Both the position numbers and the translations under genes were made by a program. A DNA stretch of 63,291 bases, counting the filler, from Octopus bimaculoides (lineage: Eukaryota): assembly GCF_001194135.2 (NCBI RefSeq). It is 5 parts of 5 records of this genome, joined end to end, with 100 filler letters (N's around TTAATTAATTAA, not from the genome) between each part and the next. Parts side by side here need not be neighbours in the genome. Positions count along the whole stretch, not along the records: positions 18,689 to 49,435 come from NC_068984.1; 4 more parts are not named here. One strand, given 5' to 3'. This document shows positions 27,275-38,708 of this stretch, piece by piece. Below the pieces are notes generated by a model, which did no database searches, was not told where the DNA came from, and worked only from the letters and a program-made list of their open reading frames with translations. The stretch's first letter is position 1, and every line of letters starts with the position of its first letter.

Positions 27275-27694
27275 GTGTGTGTGTATGTGTATGTAATATA
27301 TATATATGTGTATGTGTGTATGATATATACATATGTGTGTGTGTGTATATATACTATACTTATATATTATATTATATTATATATTATATATANNNNNNNN
27401 NNNNNNNNNNNNNNNNNNNNNNNNNNNNNNNNNNNNNNNNNNNNNNNNNNNNNNNNNNNNNNNNNNNNNNNNNNNNNNNNNNNNNNNNNNNNNNNNNNNN
27501 NNNNNNNNNNNNNNNNNNNTGTGTGTGTGTGTGTGTGTGCGTGTGTGTGTGTGTGTACTTTTGCAAAAAAAAAAATCAAATTCAATAAATTATATTAAAA
27601 TGGAGAAATATTTAAGTGTATTATTGCATTGATCGAAATAATGAGGAGGATTGAAATAATGGTGTCGATGCGAAGAATGACGTTGGTGATGATG

Positions 27695-27731
<37 letters not shown>

Positions 27732-29029
27732 NNNNNNNNNNTAATAATAATAATAATAATAATAATATTAATGGTTTCTGATTTAGGCACAAAGCCACCA
27801 ATTTGTTGGGGAATGGCTTAATCGATATTATCGACTCCAGTACTTTATTAACTGGTACTTTATTTTAGCGACCTCGAGAGGATGAAAGGCAAAGTTGACC
27901 TTGGCGGGATTTGAACTCAGAATGTAAAGAGCCGGAAGGAGTACCGTACAGAAGTTCCGACGCTCTGACAATCCTGCCAGTTCGCCATCTTAGTAATAAC
28001 AATAATAAAGGTTTCATATTTTGGCACATGGCCAGCAATTTTAATGCAGGAATTCAGTCAATTACATCGACCCCCAGTACTCAACTGGTACTCATTTTAT
28101 CGACCCCAAAAGGATGAAAGGCAAAGTCAACCTCGCGGGAACTGGAACACCGAACGTAAACGTGAAGTCAGAAGAAATACTGTTAAGCATTTTGCCTGAC
28201 TAGTTAACGTTTCTGTCAACTCGCCGCTCTAGTAATAACAATAATTATTATAACAAGTTTGAAAGAATATTAACAGTAACAACTATAGACGTTTTGGACA
28301 TTCGACTAACAGATAAAATTTTGAAGTAAAATTATTGCCATTGTTTCGTTTAAAAACCACCTTCACTTCCTTCAGTTNNNNNNNNNNNNNNNNNNNNNNN
28401 NNNNNNNNNNNNNNNNNNNNNNNNNNNNNNNNNNNNNNNNNNNNNNNNNNNNNNNNNNNNNNNNNNNNNNNNNNNNNNNNNNNNNNNNNNNNNNNNNNNN
28501 NNNNNNNNNNNNNNNNNNNNNNNNNNNNNNNNNNNNNNNNNNNNNNNNNNNNNNNNNNNNNNNNNNNNNNNNNNNNNNNNNNNNNNNNNNNNNNNNNNNN
28601 NNNNNNNNNNNNNNNNNNNNNNNNNNNNNNNNNNNNNNNNNNNNNNNATATATATATATATATATATATATTAGACAAAAGTGATAACAAAGCCAAGGAC
28701 ATTTATAAGGAAAGAGATATAGATATAGTCTTACACCTATTTCTGGGATATTATGGATATCCCGTCATCAGAGACGATGTGAGATGGTTAAATAGAGGTG
28801 AATGTTTGAGTTCGAAATAAGGAATTATTATCGAAGAGGAGAAGAAAGGGAATATAGAGGGAAATAAGAGAATGAAAGTAGGAATAAAATATAAAACATT
28901 GTAGTTGCAGTTCCATTATTCAAGTAAAGTGGTGTCTAGAAGTGGTAAAAAAGTATTCTGTGCATTTCCTTATAAATGTCTTGAAAACTCCTCACAGGCC
29001 TGGCTTTGTTATCTCTTTTGTCAAATATA

Positions 29030-30300
29030 TGTATTTGTGATTCTTGATTGGTCCGTACAGGAAATCCACTCCATAGATATCAAAACCCGCAAAATCCTGA
29101 CAACAACTGGGAACTTCCCCAGAAACAGTGATGTTGACAGACTCTACCTGAGAAAAAATGGAGGTGGTAAAGGCCTGAGGTCAGTGCAGACGGCCTTCGA
29201 ATGTGGTATCACTCAGGCAGCACCTGCTAAACATCAACAGCAGAGATAAATATATAAATGCAGTGCTAAAAGGTGAAGTGAGCAACCTGTTGGCAGTGAG
29301 CTCTTCAAGAAGAACTCTCTTCCTGATGATCTCCTATAAGGCCTCAAAGCAGCTGGGCTCTCTTACCTCAGAGAAGACCTGGGTGGAAAGCACTCAGCGT
29401 ACAAAAAAAGACTATGCGTGGGTATGTTGCCCGGAAGCTTGAAGAAGACAGTAGAATTGATATGAAGCGCAGCCTCTCTTGGACACAAGACCACTACTCG
29501 CATCACACTTTGAGGGCTATGCGTTTGCAATCCAGGAACAGGAGATTACCACAAAGTACCTGGTGAACAAGAGAGACAGTGGCGCTCTTGTAATCCCAAG
29601 GTGCAACCGCATGTGTAGACTATGTCATGTTTCTGTGGAAGATAACGCATGTGATTAGCAACTGTCCTAAATGCCGTCACAGTACTACCTCTCTATGCGG
29701 CATGATGTTGTTGCTAAAACAATTTACAATGCCATCCGCAAAAAAGGACTGTCATGAAATAAACTTAGAAAATCCATCTGTTATGGAATACATTCATAAA
29801 CACCAACATAAGGGATACTGGTGGAATATTCCATCAAAACTTCTGTCACATGTAAACATAACAGGCCAGATATTGCTGTTTGGGACAGAAGGGCAAAGGT
29901 ATGTACCATCATAGAGGTCAGCTGTCATGCGGATATAAATATCTCATTGAGAATCAAAGAAAAAGAGGATATCTATGGACAGCTGCTTCGAAAGCTCCAG
30001 CTTCTATATCCAGACTATGAATTCATATTCATACCAATAATAATTGGAGCATAAGGTTTTGTTAGTAAATGCTTAAAGGAAGATGTAGATAAACTGGGAT
30101 TTTCAGAAAGAGAAATCGACCGGGTAATTCGTACATTACAAGTGCAATCTATGTGTGGAACAGTAAAAATATGCAAGATTTTTCTCAGGTTCCAAATGTG
30201 AATTTGTCTGCGTTAACTACATCCCAAAGATGGAGCCTTGTATCTTTGTTGGAAACCGGCTCCCTCCTCAGTGAAAGATTTATAATAATTAAAAAATAAA
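29030..30300 (+). mobile_element. R4/Dong-type non-LTR retrotransposon 3' part (RLE endonuclease), decayed
   Basis: It shows IDIKTRKIL...SDVDRLYL..GGGKGL, FAIQEQEITTKY, a CCHC knuckle (CRLCH..VED.THVISNCPK), RHDVVAKTIY, HNRPDI..D and IIEVSC...KEKEDIY...IPIIIGA. Frameshifts are present. Confidence 0.9.
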
Positions 30301-30359
30301 AGAGATATACATACACACATACACACACATATACATACATACACACATATATATACATG

Positions 30360-30405
<46 letters not shown>

Positions 30406-30929
30406 TATATCTTTTATCTTTTACTTGTTTAAATCATTAGAGTGTGGCCATACTGGGGCACCGCATTGAAGGATTTTAGTCGAACGAATCGACTCTAGTG
30501 CTTCTCTTTTTTTTCTTTAAACCTGGTACTTATTCTATCCGTCCCTTTGCCGAACCGCTAGATTGCAGGAACGTAAACACACCAACACCAGTTGTCAAGC
30601 AGTGATAGGGAACAAACACAGAAACAAAGACATGCGCATACACACGCACGCGGGCATGCACACGCACACATACACACACGTATACACATATACACACACA
30701 CACATACAACAGGCTTCTTTCGGTTTCCGTCTACCAAATCCACCCAGAAGACAGAGACAGGTGAAGGAACAACAAACAAAGTGTACTAGTTTGATGCTGA
30801 GGAAAACTGGAAAAGAAACATGGAGAGAAGAAAAAAATAACGGAGAGAGAAAATAAAAACGTGTCTGAATTAACGGTTTCACATGTTGATTTGACCGGCT
30901 TTAATGATTTTATTATAAAACTAACTTAC

Positions 30930-31001
30930 CGCTCTCTCCCAAAGGATATTGGTCGATAGCAGGACGCGCCAACTTTTTGCAACTACCAATCATTGTGTTA
31001 C
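30930..31001 (-). CDS. Next coding exon of the same candidate gene: (G)NTMIGSCKKLARPAIDQYPLGES+G (phase 1 in, phase 1 out)
   Basis: The minus strand reads cgtctttctttgatAG|GT AAC ACA ATG ATT GGT AGT TGC ... GAG AGC G|GTAAGT. The 72-nt exon is phase-compatible with the 34865 donor and supplies the sixth Cys. Confidence 0.7.
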
Positions 31002-31563
31002 CTATCAAAGAAAGACGATATTTAACAATGAATAAAGAACTGAAGCTAAAAAGAGAATTATAATATGATAAATAGGTGTTAGTGGAACGGTGTGGTTAAG
31101 AATTGGTCGTTACTTCTTCAAAATTAAGAGAAGGAAGGATGACATTGGATAAACTGATTCCAAGTGCAATGCGTCTAGTAAGAGACAGGCTGGTCACGAT
31201 TAGGATGCCTTTGATCTTTGTCCTACTTAACTGGAACTGACTTATGGCCCAAAAAACAACAGATGCTACTACAACAACTTTTCTGGGTACCTATATGGTG
31301 CTATATAAGCTGGGTTGTTCAGAGTTTGGCTTCTTGCCCAAGACAACGATACTACTTACACTCACATACCAATAGAGAGAAATGGTGTTAATTTTAGCCA
31401 CTTTCCGATTTAAAGCCTGGTATTCTAGCCAATTGCTCGAGTTGATCGAATTTTGTTTTTGTTGCTTAGAACCAGCTTTGAGCAGGTCTATGGATCAAAG
31501 AAATACTCTTCATTAAAACATTCCGCATCCGCGTTTGTCTTCAAATATCGGCGCTTCTCCGTA

Positions 31564-31615
<52 letters not shown>

Positions 31616-32461
31616 NNNNNNNNNNNNNNNNNNNNNNNNNNNNNNNNNNNNNNNNNNNNNNNNNNNNNNNNNNNNNNNNNNNNNNNNNNNNNNNNNNNNN
31701 NNNNNNNNNNNNNNNNNNNNNNNNNNNNNNNNNNNNNNNNNNNNNNNNNNNNNNNNNNNNNNNNNNNNNNNNNNNNNNNNNNNNNNNNNNNNNNNNNNNN
31801 NNNNNNNNNNNNNNNNNNNNNNNNNNNNNNNNNNNNNNNNNNNNNNNNNNNNNNNNNNNNNNNNNNNNNNNNNNNNNNNNNNNNNNNNNNNNNNNNNNNN
31901 NNNNNNNNNNNNNNNNNNNNNNNNNNNNNNNNNNNNNNNNNNNNNNNNNNNNNNNNNNNNNNNNNNNNNNNNNNNNNNNNNNNNNNNNNNNNNNNNNNNN
32001 NNNNNNNNNNNNNNNNNNNNNNNNNNNNNNNNNNNNNNNNNNNNNNNNNNNNNNNNNNNNNNNNNNNNNNNNNNNNNNNNNNNNNNNNNNNNNNNNNNNN
32101 NNNNNNNNNNNNNNNNNNNNNNNNNNNNNNNNNNNNNNNNNNNNNNNNNNNNNNNNNNNNNNNNNNNNNNNNNNNNNNNNNNNNNNNNNNNNNNNNNNNN
32201 NNNNNNNNNNNNNNNNNNNNNNNNTATATATATAAACAACGTGCAACACGAGACGGAACTCAGAGTGGACTGTCAAGTATTGATATAATAAACATAATTA
32301 TCCACTCTACCCAACATACTAAGTTCTAAATGAGATAATGTTTGTCCTATGTGAAAGCTTCATCTATTTTAGTTCGCTGGTAATTCGCTGCTTCCTCTCA
32401 ACCTCCCGGTACCCTTCATATCCGGTTAAATTAATTTACTTCTGTAAATTACCAGAGAGAA

Positions 32462-32583
32462 TGACGTAAAATCCTGAGCGTGATTCATAAGAAGACACCC
32501 TAGTTATAAATAGAGATGTGACTTAACTGAAGGAAAATCAACTAACTGGACATTACGTCAGCTTTAGGAAAACTGACGTAATG
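32462..32583. promoter_or_regulatory. Three TGACGTAA (CRE/PAR-bZIP-like) sites, two forming an 11-bp inverted repeat
   Basis: CATTACGTCAG-11 nt-CTGACGTAATG at 32551-32583, TGACGTAA at 32462 and TATAAATA near 32506. Confidence 0.3.
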
Positions 32584-32978
32584 TTTGTATTCATATGTTT
32601 ATGACCTTTTTTTCGGCTTGGCTTGATTAATAGTAAATATAAATTCAGATATTCTATTACATAATCTTGAGTCTTCCCTTAAATTTTGTCTTTTTCTCAT
32701 ACGTCAACACTTGCATATCTGTATATTCTCGTATATTCTTGGTGTTACTATAGCGTGCGATGTGCCGGTACATTATTTTACTATAACGTGCGTCTGCTAG
32801 TACATTTTAAAAACTATAATGTTAGGTTCACAAGGCCATCTAGCTTATAGTATGCAGTCTAGCGGCAGTGGAGTAGCTAGAGAGTGTACCGAACGGGCAG
32901 TCCTTGAGTTTGCTCCACCTCCCAGCTTATACAGTGAGTGCCGCTTGTAGTGTAAGTTGTGATCTTCCCATATCTATC

Positions 32979-33069
<91 letters not shown>

Positions 33070-33792
33070 CTATAGCAGAAGTACTAAGACTAATAACACA
33101 CATACTTGTCTTCCATTTTATCAGTACCGTTTCAACGTGGGCTCAATAGCGGCTTCACTTTTTGGCACAAGGCCAGAAATTTCGGGGAAGTGGGTAAATC
33201 GATTACATCGACCCCAGTTCACAACTGGTACTTATTCTATCAAACCCGAAAAGACGAACGGCAAAGCTGACCTCGGCGGAATGTGAACTGAGGATGTAAA
33301 GACGGACAAAATATCGCTAAGCATTTTGCTCGGAATGCTTACGATTCTTCCACCTCACCGCTTTTGCGAGCTCATTATCGAAACTCTTTTCTTTCTTTTT
33401 CTTTACCTCACTGCCTCCTGGGACATAGTTGATTACATCAACCCCAGTATTTATTTTGTTGACCACAGAAAGGTGAAAGCAATGTCAAAGTGGGATTCGA
33501 ACTTTGAACGTTACTGACTCCCACCATGTATTTATTCTGATATCCTACCGTTACTACTCTCCGCCTTGTCATGAATAATATTATTCTTTTTGTCAGATAA
33601 AATATGAAATAGTAAAAAAGAAATCGGGAGAGTTTAGCGACCTTTGTTGTTATCGTCACTGTCTACAGTTTTGTTGTTTTGTTCCAATTGCTTTCAAATT
33701 TGGTATATGGATTAAGCTCTGTATACTAATTATGAAAATGAAATTCATTAAAAAGTTATTAGCCTTTAAACTTTGCAAAATTTGGGCATTTT

Positions 33793-33925
33793 AGCCAATC
33801 AGAAGCGAGTATTTTACATATCACCGTGAAGTTCTGTTAGCAGAGTAAGCAAAGAAGCACCACGTGTTTCATAGCTGATTGTGAAGAACTCTGTTTCCAT
33901 AGTGACCAAAGATGCTGCGCATGCA
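33793..33925. promoter_or_regulatory. Cluster of promoter-type motifs
   Basis: AGCCAATCAG (33793), CACGTG (33861), GTTTCCATAGTGAC (33893, X-box-like) and TGCGCATGCA (33916, NRF1-like) fall within 135 bp. Confidence 0.3.
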
Positions 33926-33962
33926 CACAAGGAGTGTAAACAAGACCTGCATGCTACACTCA

Positions 33963-34250
33963 GTTCTTCCAGGAACCACTATCTTCAGTGATCTGTGATG
34001 AGCTTATAATCATATCCCAGAAATCGTGGGCTTTGATTTCAAACATAGAACTGTGAACCATAGCATTGAATTTATAAACTCAAAAGATGGGACTCACACT
34101 CAACAAATTGAGAGTACCAGGGCATTTTTAAGGCGTGGAAACAAACGTCGGTGTTGGACATACCTTCCCATGGTTGACTCTTATTTTTGTGAATTTATGT
34201 GGAGAAGGAGATATGAGAATGATAATTTATTTTATAAAATCCTAAGTGTA
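33963..34250 (+). mobile_element. Merlin (IS1595/ISXO2-like DDE) transposase fragment
   Basis: VLPGTTIFSDL**AYNH...HRTVNHSIEFINSKDGTHTQQIES...DSYFCEFMWRRRY matches the conserved Merlin/ISXO2 C-terminal motifs and carries two stops. Confidence 0.85.
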
Positions 34251-34302
34251 TTGCAAACTTTCGCTCTTGAATTTTTAAAACTAATAAATGTCTGTTTTAA
34301 GC

Positions 34303-34518
34303 AATGTTTTGACAGTTATTTCTAGCATCTCCTGTTGGTTTGATCATAGCTTTAAATATTTAATTTGCTCGCGAATGTTTTAATGTTTTTCACTGTTTAC
34401 TTTGCTCGTGTATATTTTAATGTTTAGACTGTTATTTCTAGCAACTCCTGCTGGTTTGCTCGTAGCTTTTAAATATTTGATTTGCTCGCGAATCTTTTAA
34501 TGTTTTCCACTGTTTACT
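34303..34518. repeat. Direct tandem duplication, ~117-bp period
   Basis: gttatttctagca..cctg.tggtttg...aaatattt.atttgctcgcgaat...cactgtttact occurs twice. Confidence 0.85.
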
Positions 34519-34864
34519 GGAACTAGGTGAACGTTTTGATATGCCGGTGCCCATCCCCGCTTTCTCCCTACTGTGACAGATGATGGAAGAGGCCGCAAAC
34601 GCGCTGTTTTCTGTTTGGCTGAAAATTCTAACAATTATCAAACTTTGAACACCAGTAACGTTTTCACATTTTTTTTTTTGGAATATATGAATAACAAATT
34701 CGGATTCAGCGTCAAAAATTACATTTATATGATTCATTAAAATTTTATTTCTAAATTTTGACATGCAGTGACGATAACCACAGAGATCCGAATTTAGTAA
34801 ATTTTGTTTTAAAAAAGAATAAGGTAAAAGAAATCACAACAAAATTTGCAAAACTATGGCTTAC

Positions 34865-34955
34865 CTTTGTTGAAGGAATCATAATCGAGAGCACAGACTT
34901 CGGACATTTCACAACATTGACTAGTGGTCAAACATTGTCCACCGGACGGTACACA
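34865..34955 (-). CDS. Internal coding exon of a candidate knottin/ICK-type cysteine-rich peptide precursor: CVPSGGQCLTTSQCCEMSEVCALDYDSFNK+G (phase 0 in, phase 1 out)
   Basis: The minus strand reads ttttgtttatacgattattttctAG|TGT GTA CCG ... AAC AAA G|GTAAG. The exon is 91 nt and open, with Cys spacing C-x6-C-x5-CC-x5-C. It is too short for the ORF track. Confidence 0.75.
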
Positions 34956-35729
34956 CTAGAAAATAATCGTATAAACAAAATTTATCCTTGATTTATATAT
35001 TTTGTGACTGTATACGCCATTGTAATTTTGTACATCAATGATGGTTTCAAATTTTGGCACAAGTCCACATACATCAATAATAAAAATGAAATAGGGAACG
35101 TTTATCATTTAATCATTTGAAAGTTAAAGTGATAGAACAATGGATCACGTGATCAAGATGGGAAGAATGACTTCCCTTTGCAAATACAGACAGGACACAG
35201 ATGTGTGTCAATAGCCAGCTGGAGGAGATGTTCTCCTGGGGCTAAAAGCAACAGTAACATTCACCCTAAGGGTTTAGCTGCATTTAAGTGGCAAATATAC
35301 TTCAAATGGACTAAATGTCTTATAGCAAATAATTCCGACCTTCTATCTTTTTAGTTTACTTTCTTCTCGAGCTGACTTTATCCCTCCCATGCTTTCCACA
35401 CTCCCAGAATTAATAAATTAAATCCTCTACAAATTTGTAGTTTTCTAACAAAATAGAATATATTAACTATAACTCTCTGATCGAATCCTGGTGGAAATAA
35501 CAACAGAGCTTGTGTATATAGATGCCTTACAGTATTTCAAATCTCTCCGAGATTAGCGTTACTTACCCCTCTCCTACCCTTCAGAGTAAGTAAAACAAAT
35601 CCCATTCATATACTGGGACCGATTCCACTGATCGATCGTATCTTCTCCTTGGTCCAAACTTGTGCAGTCAGGAAAATCCATATTTATATCTTCGTGTGTG
35701 TGTAACTGTACATTTATTTGTCTATATGA

Positions 35730-35760
<31 letters not shown>

Positions 35761-35875
35761 TGTATGTATGTATGTATGTATGTATGTATGTATGTATGAA
35801 TGTATGTATGTGTGTGTATGTATGTATGCATGTGTGTGCATGTGTGTGTGTGAGAGAGAGAAAGAGTGTGTGCGA

Positions 35876-35908
<33 letters not shown>

Positions 35909-36148
35909 TTTGTGGGATAAATATGGATTGTAAATAAATACCAGTGTATTAGGAATATTATCACACTCAGTATCATACAATATTTATTGAATATATTTCG
36001 GACTGCTGGAATAGTAAACAGGAAAAGAGGAAGGAGAGAGAGATATAAAGAGAGAGAGAGGGAGAGAGAGAGAGAAAGGGAGAGAGAGAGTGTGTGTGTT
36101 TGCGCGCGCGCATGAAGTACATTTCATTTGGATTAAGACATATATATG

Positions 36149-36206
<58 letters not shown>

Positions 36207-38376
36207 GTATGAATGGTATTAAGTTGTGGAGAAATAAAGCCAAAACACGATTTACACATTGCGATCAAGAGTGATTGACCTATAACACGCATTATACAAT
36301 CATTATTTCTATATTATATACAGGATAGTTTCATTTAGTTTCATTCAGTAGTTTCCATTTATTGACGTGGCGTGTCGAAATTTTATTGGAGAGCAAAATG
36401 TTTCATTGGCAGATTAGTGTTTATATTTAAAGCAAGATGTGTATATTTTCGGCCATGAAAATAAGAAACCAGGGTGGAAATAATGAAGCGTTAAACTGAA
36501 TACTTTTTACGAGATTTCTTCAAACCAAGCGTCCATAAAACTTACATTCCACAAAGTTTCCCAATACTTCGTGCAACCTTCCATTCTTGTAGTATAATTC
36601 CGCTCACAAGACGGATACAGTAAAGAAAGACCCAGAACTAGACTAGTACTTTCATTTATTTGCGCCGGTAAGATGTAAATTCAAAGTTGAACTCGGCGGG
36701 ATTTGAACTCAGAGTGTTTGTGATAGTCTCACAAACTTAGAATGTGTTTGTCCCACAAACTAAATAGCGTCTCACTAACGATTCTATCAAACTAGCATAG
36801 AAAATAAACTTGAATCGTTTAGAAATGTTGTTATTTTAATCATGGTCCATTTCCTTAATGTGCTTATTCTGTGAATTAAAAAAAAATGCAGGTAGGAGGG
36901 TTTGATAGAGGATATCATGTTGCTTGGCAGCAGTTACAGTTCGTACCAGTTTAAAACCTCTTTCGCAGTGAGACATCTTAAAGTAGACATTACAGTTCTT
37001 AACTATCTCGATATTTCAACCGATCACTTTCGTAAAGTATAATAAAAGTATATTAGACTGTTTTCCTCGGTCTCTTTATCACTGATCGTCAGTCAGTCAG
37101 CCTGTCTGTTTCTAGCACGCGCGCGCGCGCACACACACACGGTGGAACACAGAATTTAGTTAATATATACCACTTCGAATTATCGTGGCGTTTCTGTGAT
37201 TTATGTAGTTTCTGCTCTCGGTCTCAAATAACCCCACTTCTCAATTTCGTCTTTGTATTGGACGATAAATACCTCTCAATACTCTCAATACTCCTAATGT
37301 CTCCCCCCCCCCACTTTTTAAAAAATACTAAGTAGCTTAATTGCAGTTGTATAACGGTTAAGTGAGGGCGGAAATAGCAGATGTTAGAAATGGTGGTATA
37401 TGCGAATTCAACAACGTAAGTCAGTGAGCGACTGTACCTGTATCAATAATAACAATTTCTCAGGCTATTTCAGTCAATCTAATAAATCTCTGCGCTCAGG
37501 TATATTATTTTATCGTTCCACAAAGAGTTGGATGACAATGGTAATCCTGATGAGATTTGAATTCAGAAAATAAAGTGATGCATCTAACTGATATTTTTTT
37601 TGTCGACGTTTTATAGGGTTTATCACCAACTTTTCCGTTAATAATCCTTTCTCCTAAAAGCACAAAGCCTGACATTTTTGGGGAGGGGTCTAGTCGGTTA
37701 CATCGACCTCAGTGTTTCACTGGTACTTAATTCATCGACCCCGAAAGGATGAAAGGCAAAGTCGACCTCGGCGGAATTTGAACTCAGGATGTAAAGACAG
37801 ACGAAATACCGCTAAGCATTTCGCCCGGCATGCTAACGTTTCTGCCAGCTCACCGCTTTTACTTTTCTGTTAATAATTCTTTCTGCTAAAGGCACAAGGC
37901 CTGAAATTTTGGGGGAGGGGACTAGGCGATTTCATCGACCCTAGTGTTTCACTAGTCCTTAATTTATCGACCAAGAAAGGATGAAGGGCAAAATCGACCT
38001 TGGCAGAAGTTGAACTCAGAACATAAAGACGGACGAAATGCCGCTAAGCATTTTGTCCGGTATACTAACGATTCTACCAGCTCGCCGCCTTTACTTTTCT
38101 GTTAATGATAGCATTAATTTTATCTAGTACAAGTACAAGGCAACGAATTTTGAAAGACAAATTTTACTGATTAAATCCAAATTTAGACTGCGGCTAATTT
38201 TATTGGTTCCGCCAATATATATAAGACTAAGTTCCTCGTTGAGTGGTCGGTGGTATGAGGAACGTTAGCTTGTTAGGATAAGGCTTCTAATTTAGACGGT
38301 TGAAGCTGTGATGCTGTCTCGGTGTTGTGGCTTGTACGGCAATACGATTTGCTGCGGATGCGAGTTGCGAATCCGG

Positions 38377-38386
38377 TTGATGATGT

Positions 38387-38432
<46 letters not shown>

Positions 38433-38645
38433 GCTACTACTACTACTATTTCATGTGTATGTATATATATTCATCCATCCACACACACACACACACACTG
38501 ACTGGATAAGAGAAGTAGAATAACAAAACAAATGTTTAATTCATTAACTGACAGCTGTTTCGTCAAACATATATAAATGAATATTCTCTTATCCAGTCAG
38601 TGTGTGTGTGTGTGGATGGATGAATATATATACATACACATGAAA

Positions 38646-38698
<53 letters not shown>

Positions 38699-38708
38699 AC
38701 ATCATCAA
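38377..38708. repeat. Near-perfect inverted repeat, ~130-bp arms and 69-bp spacer
   Basis: 38377-38514 is the reverse complement of 38584-38708 apart from microsatellite length and one substitution within the (CTA)n. Confidence 0.9.

Noticed and set aside
34784-34795. AGATCCGAATTT, matching the middle of miR-10, with a complementary motif at about 34695
   Set aside because: The seed does not match, the arm order is wrong and the spacing is too long for a pre-miRNA.
36546-36625. Minus-strand donor AAT|GTAAGT preceded by open frames (YPSCERNYTTRMEGCTKYWETLWN, or FWVFLYCIRLVSG...) as an upstream knottin exon
   Set aside because: The acceptor is poor and abuts a SINE remnant, and the hydrophobic frame ends in the wrong phase. 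Not excluded, but unsupported.
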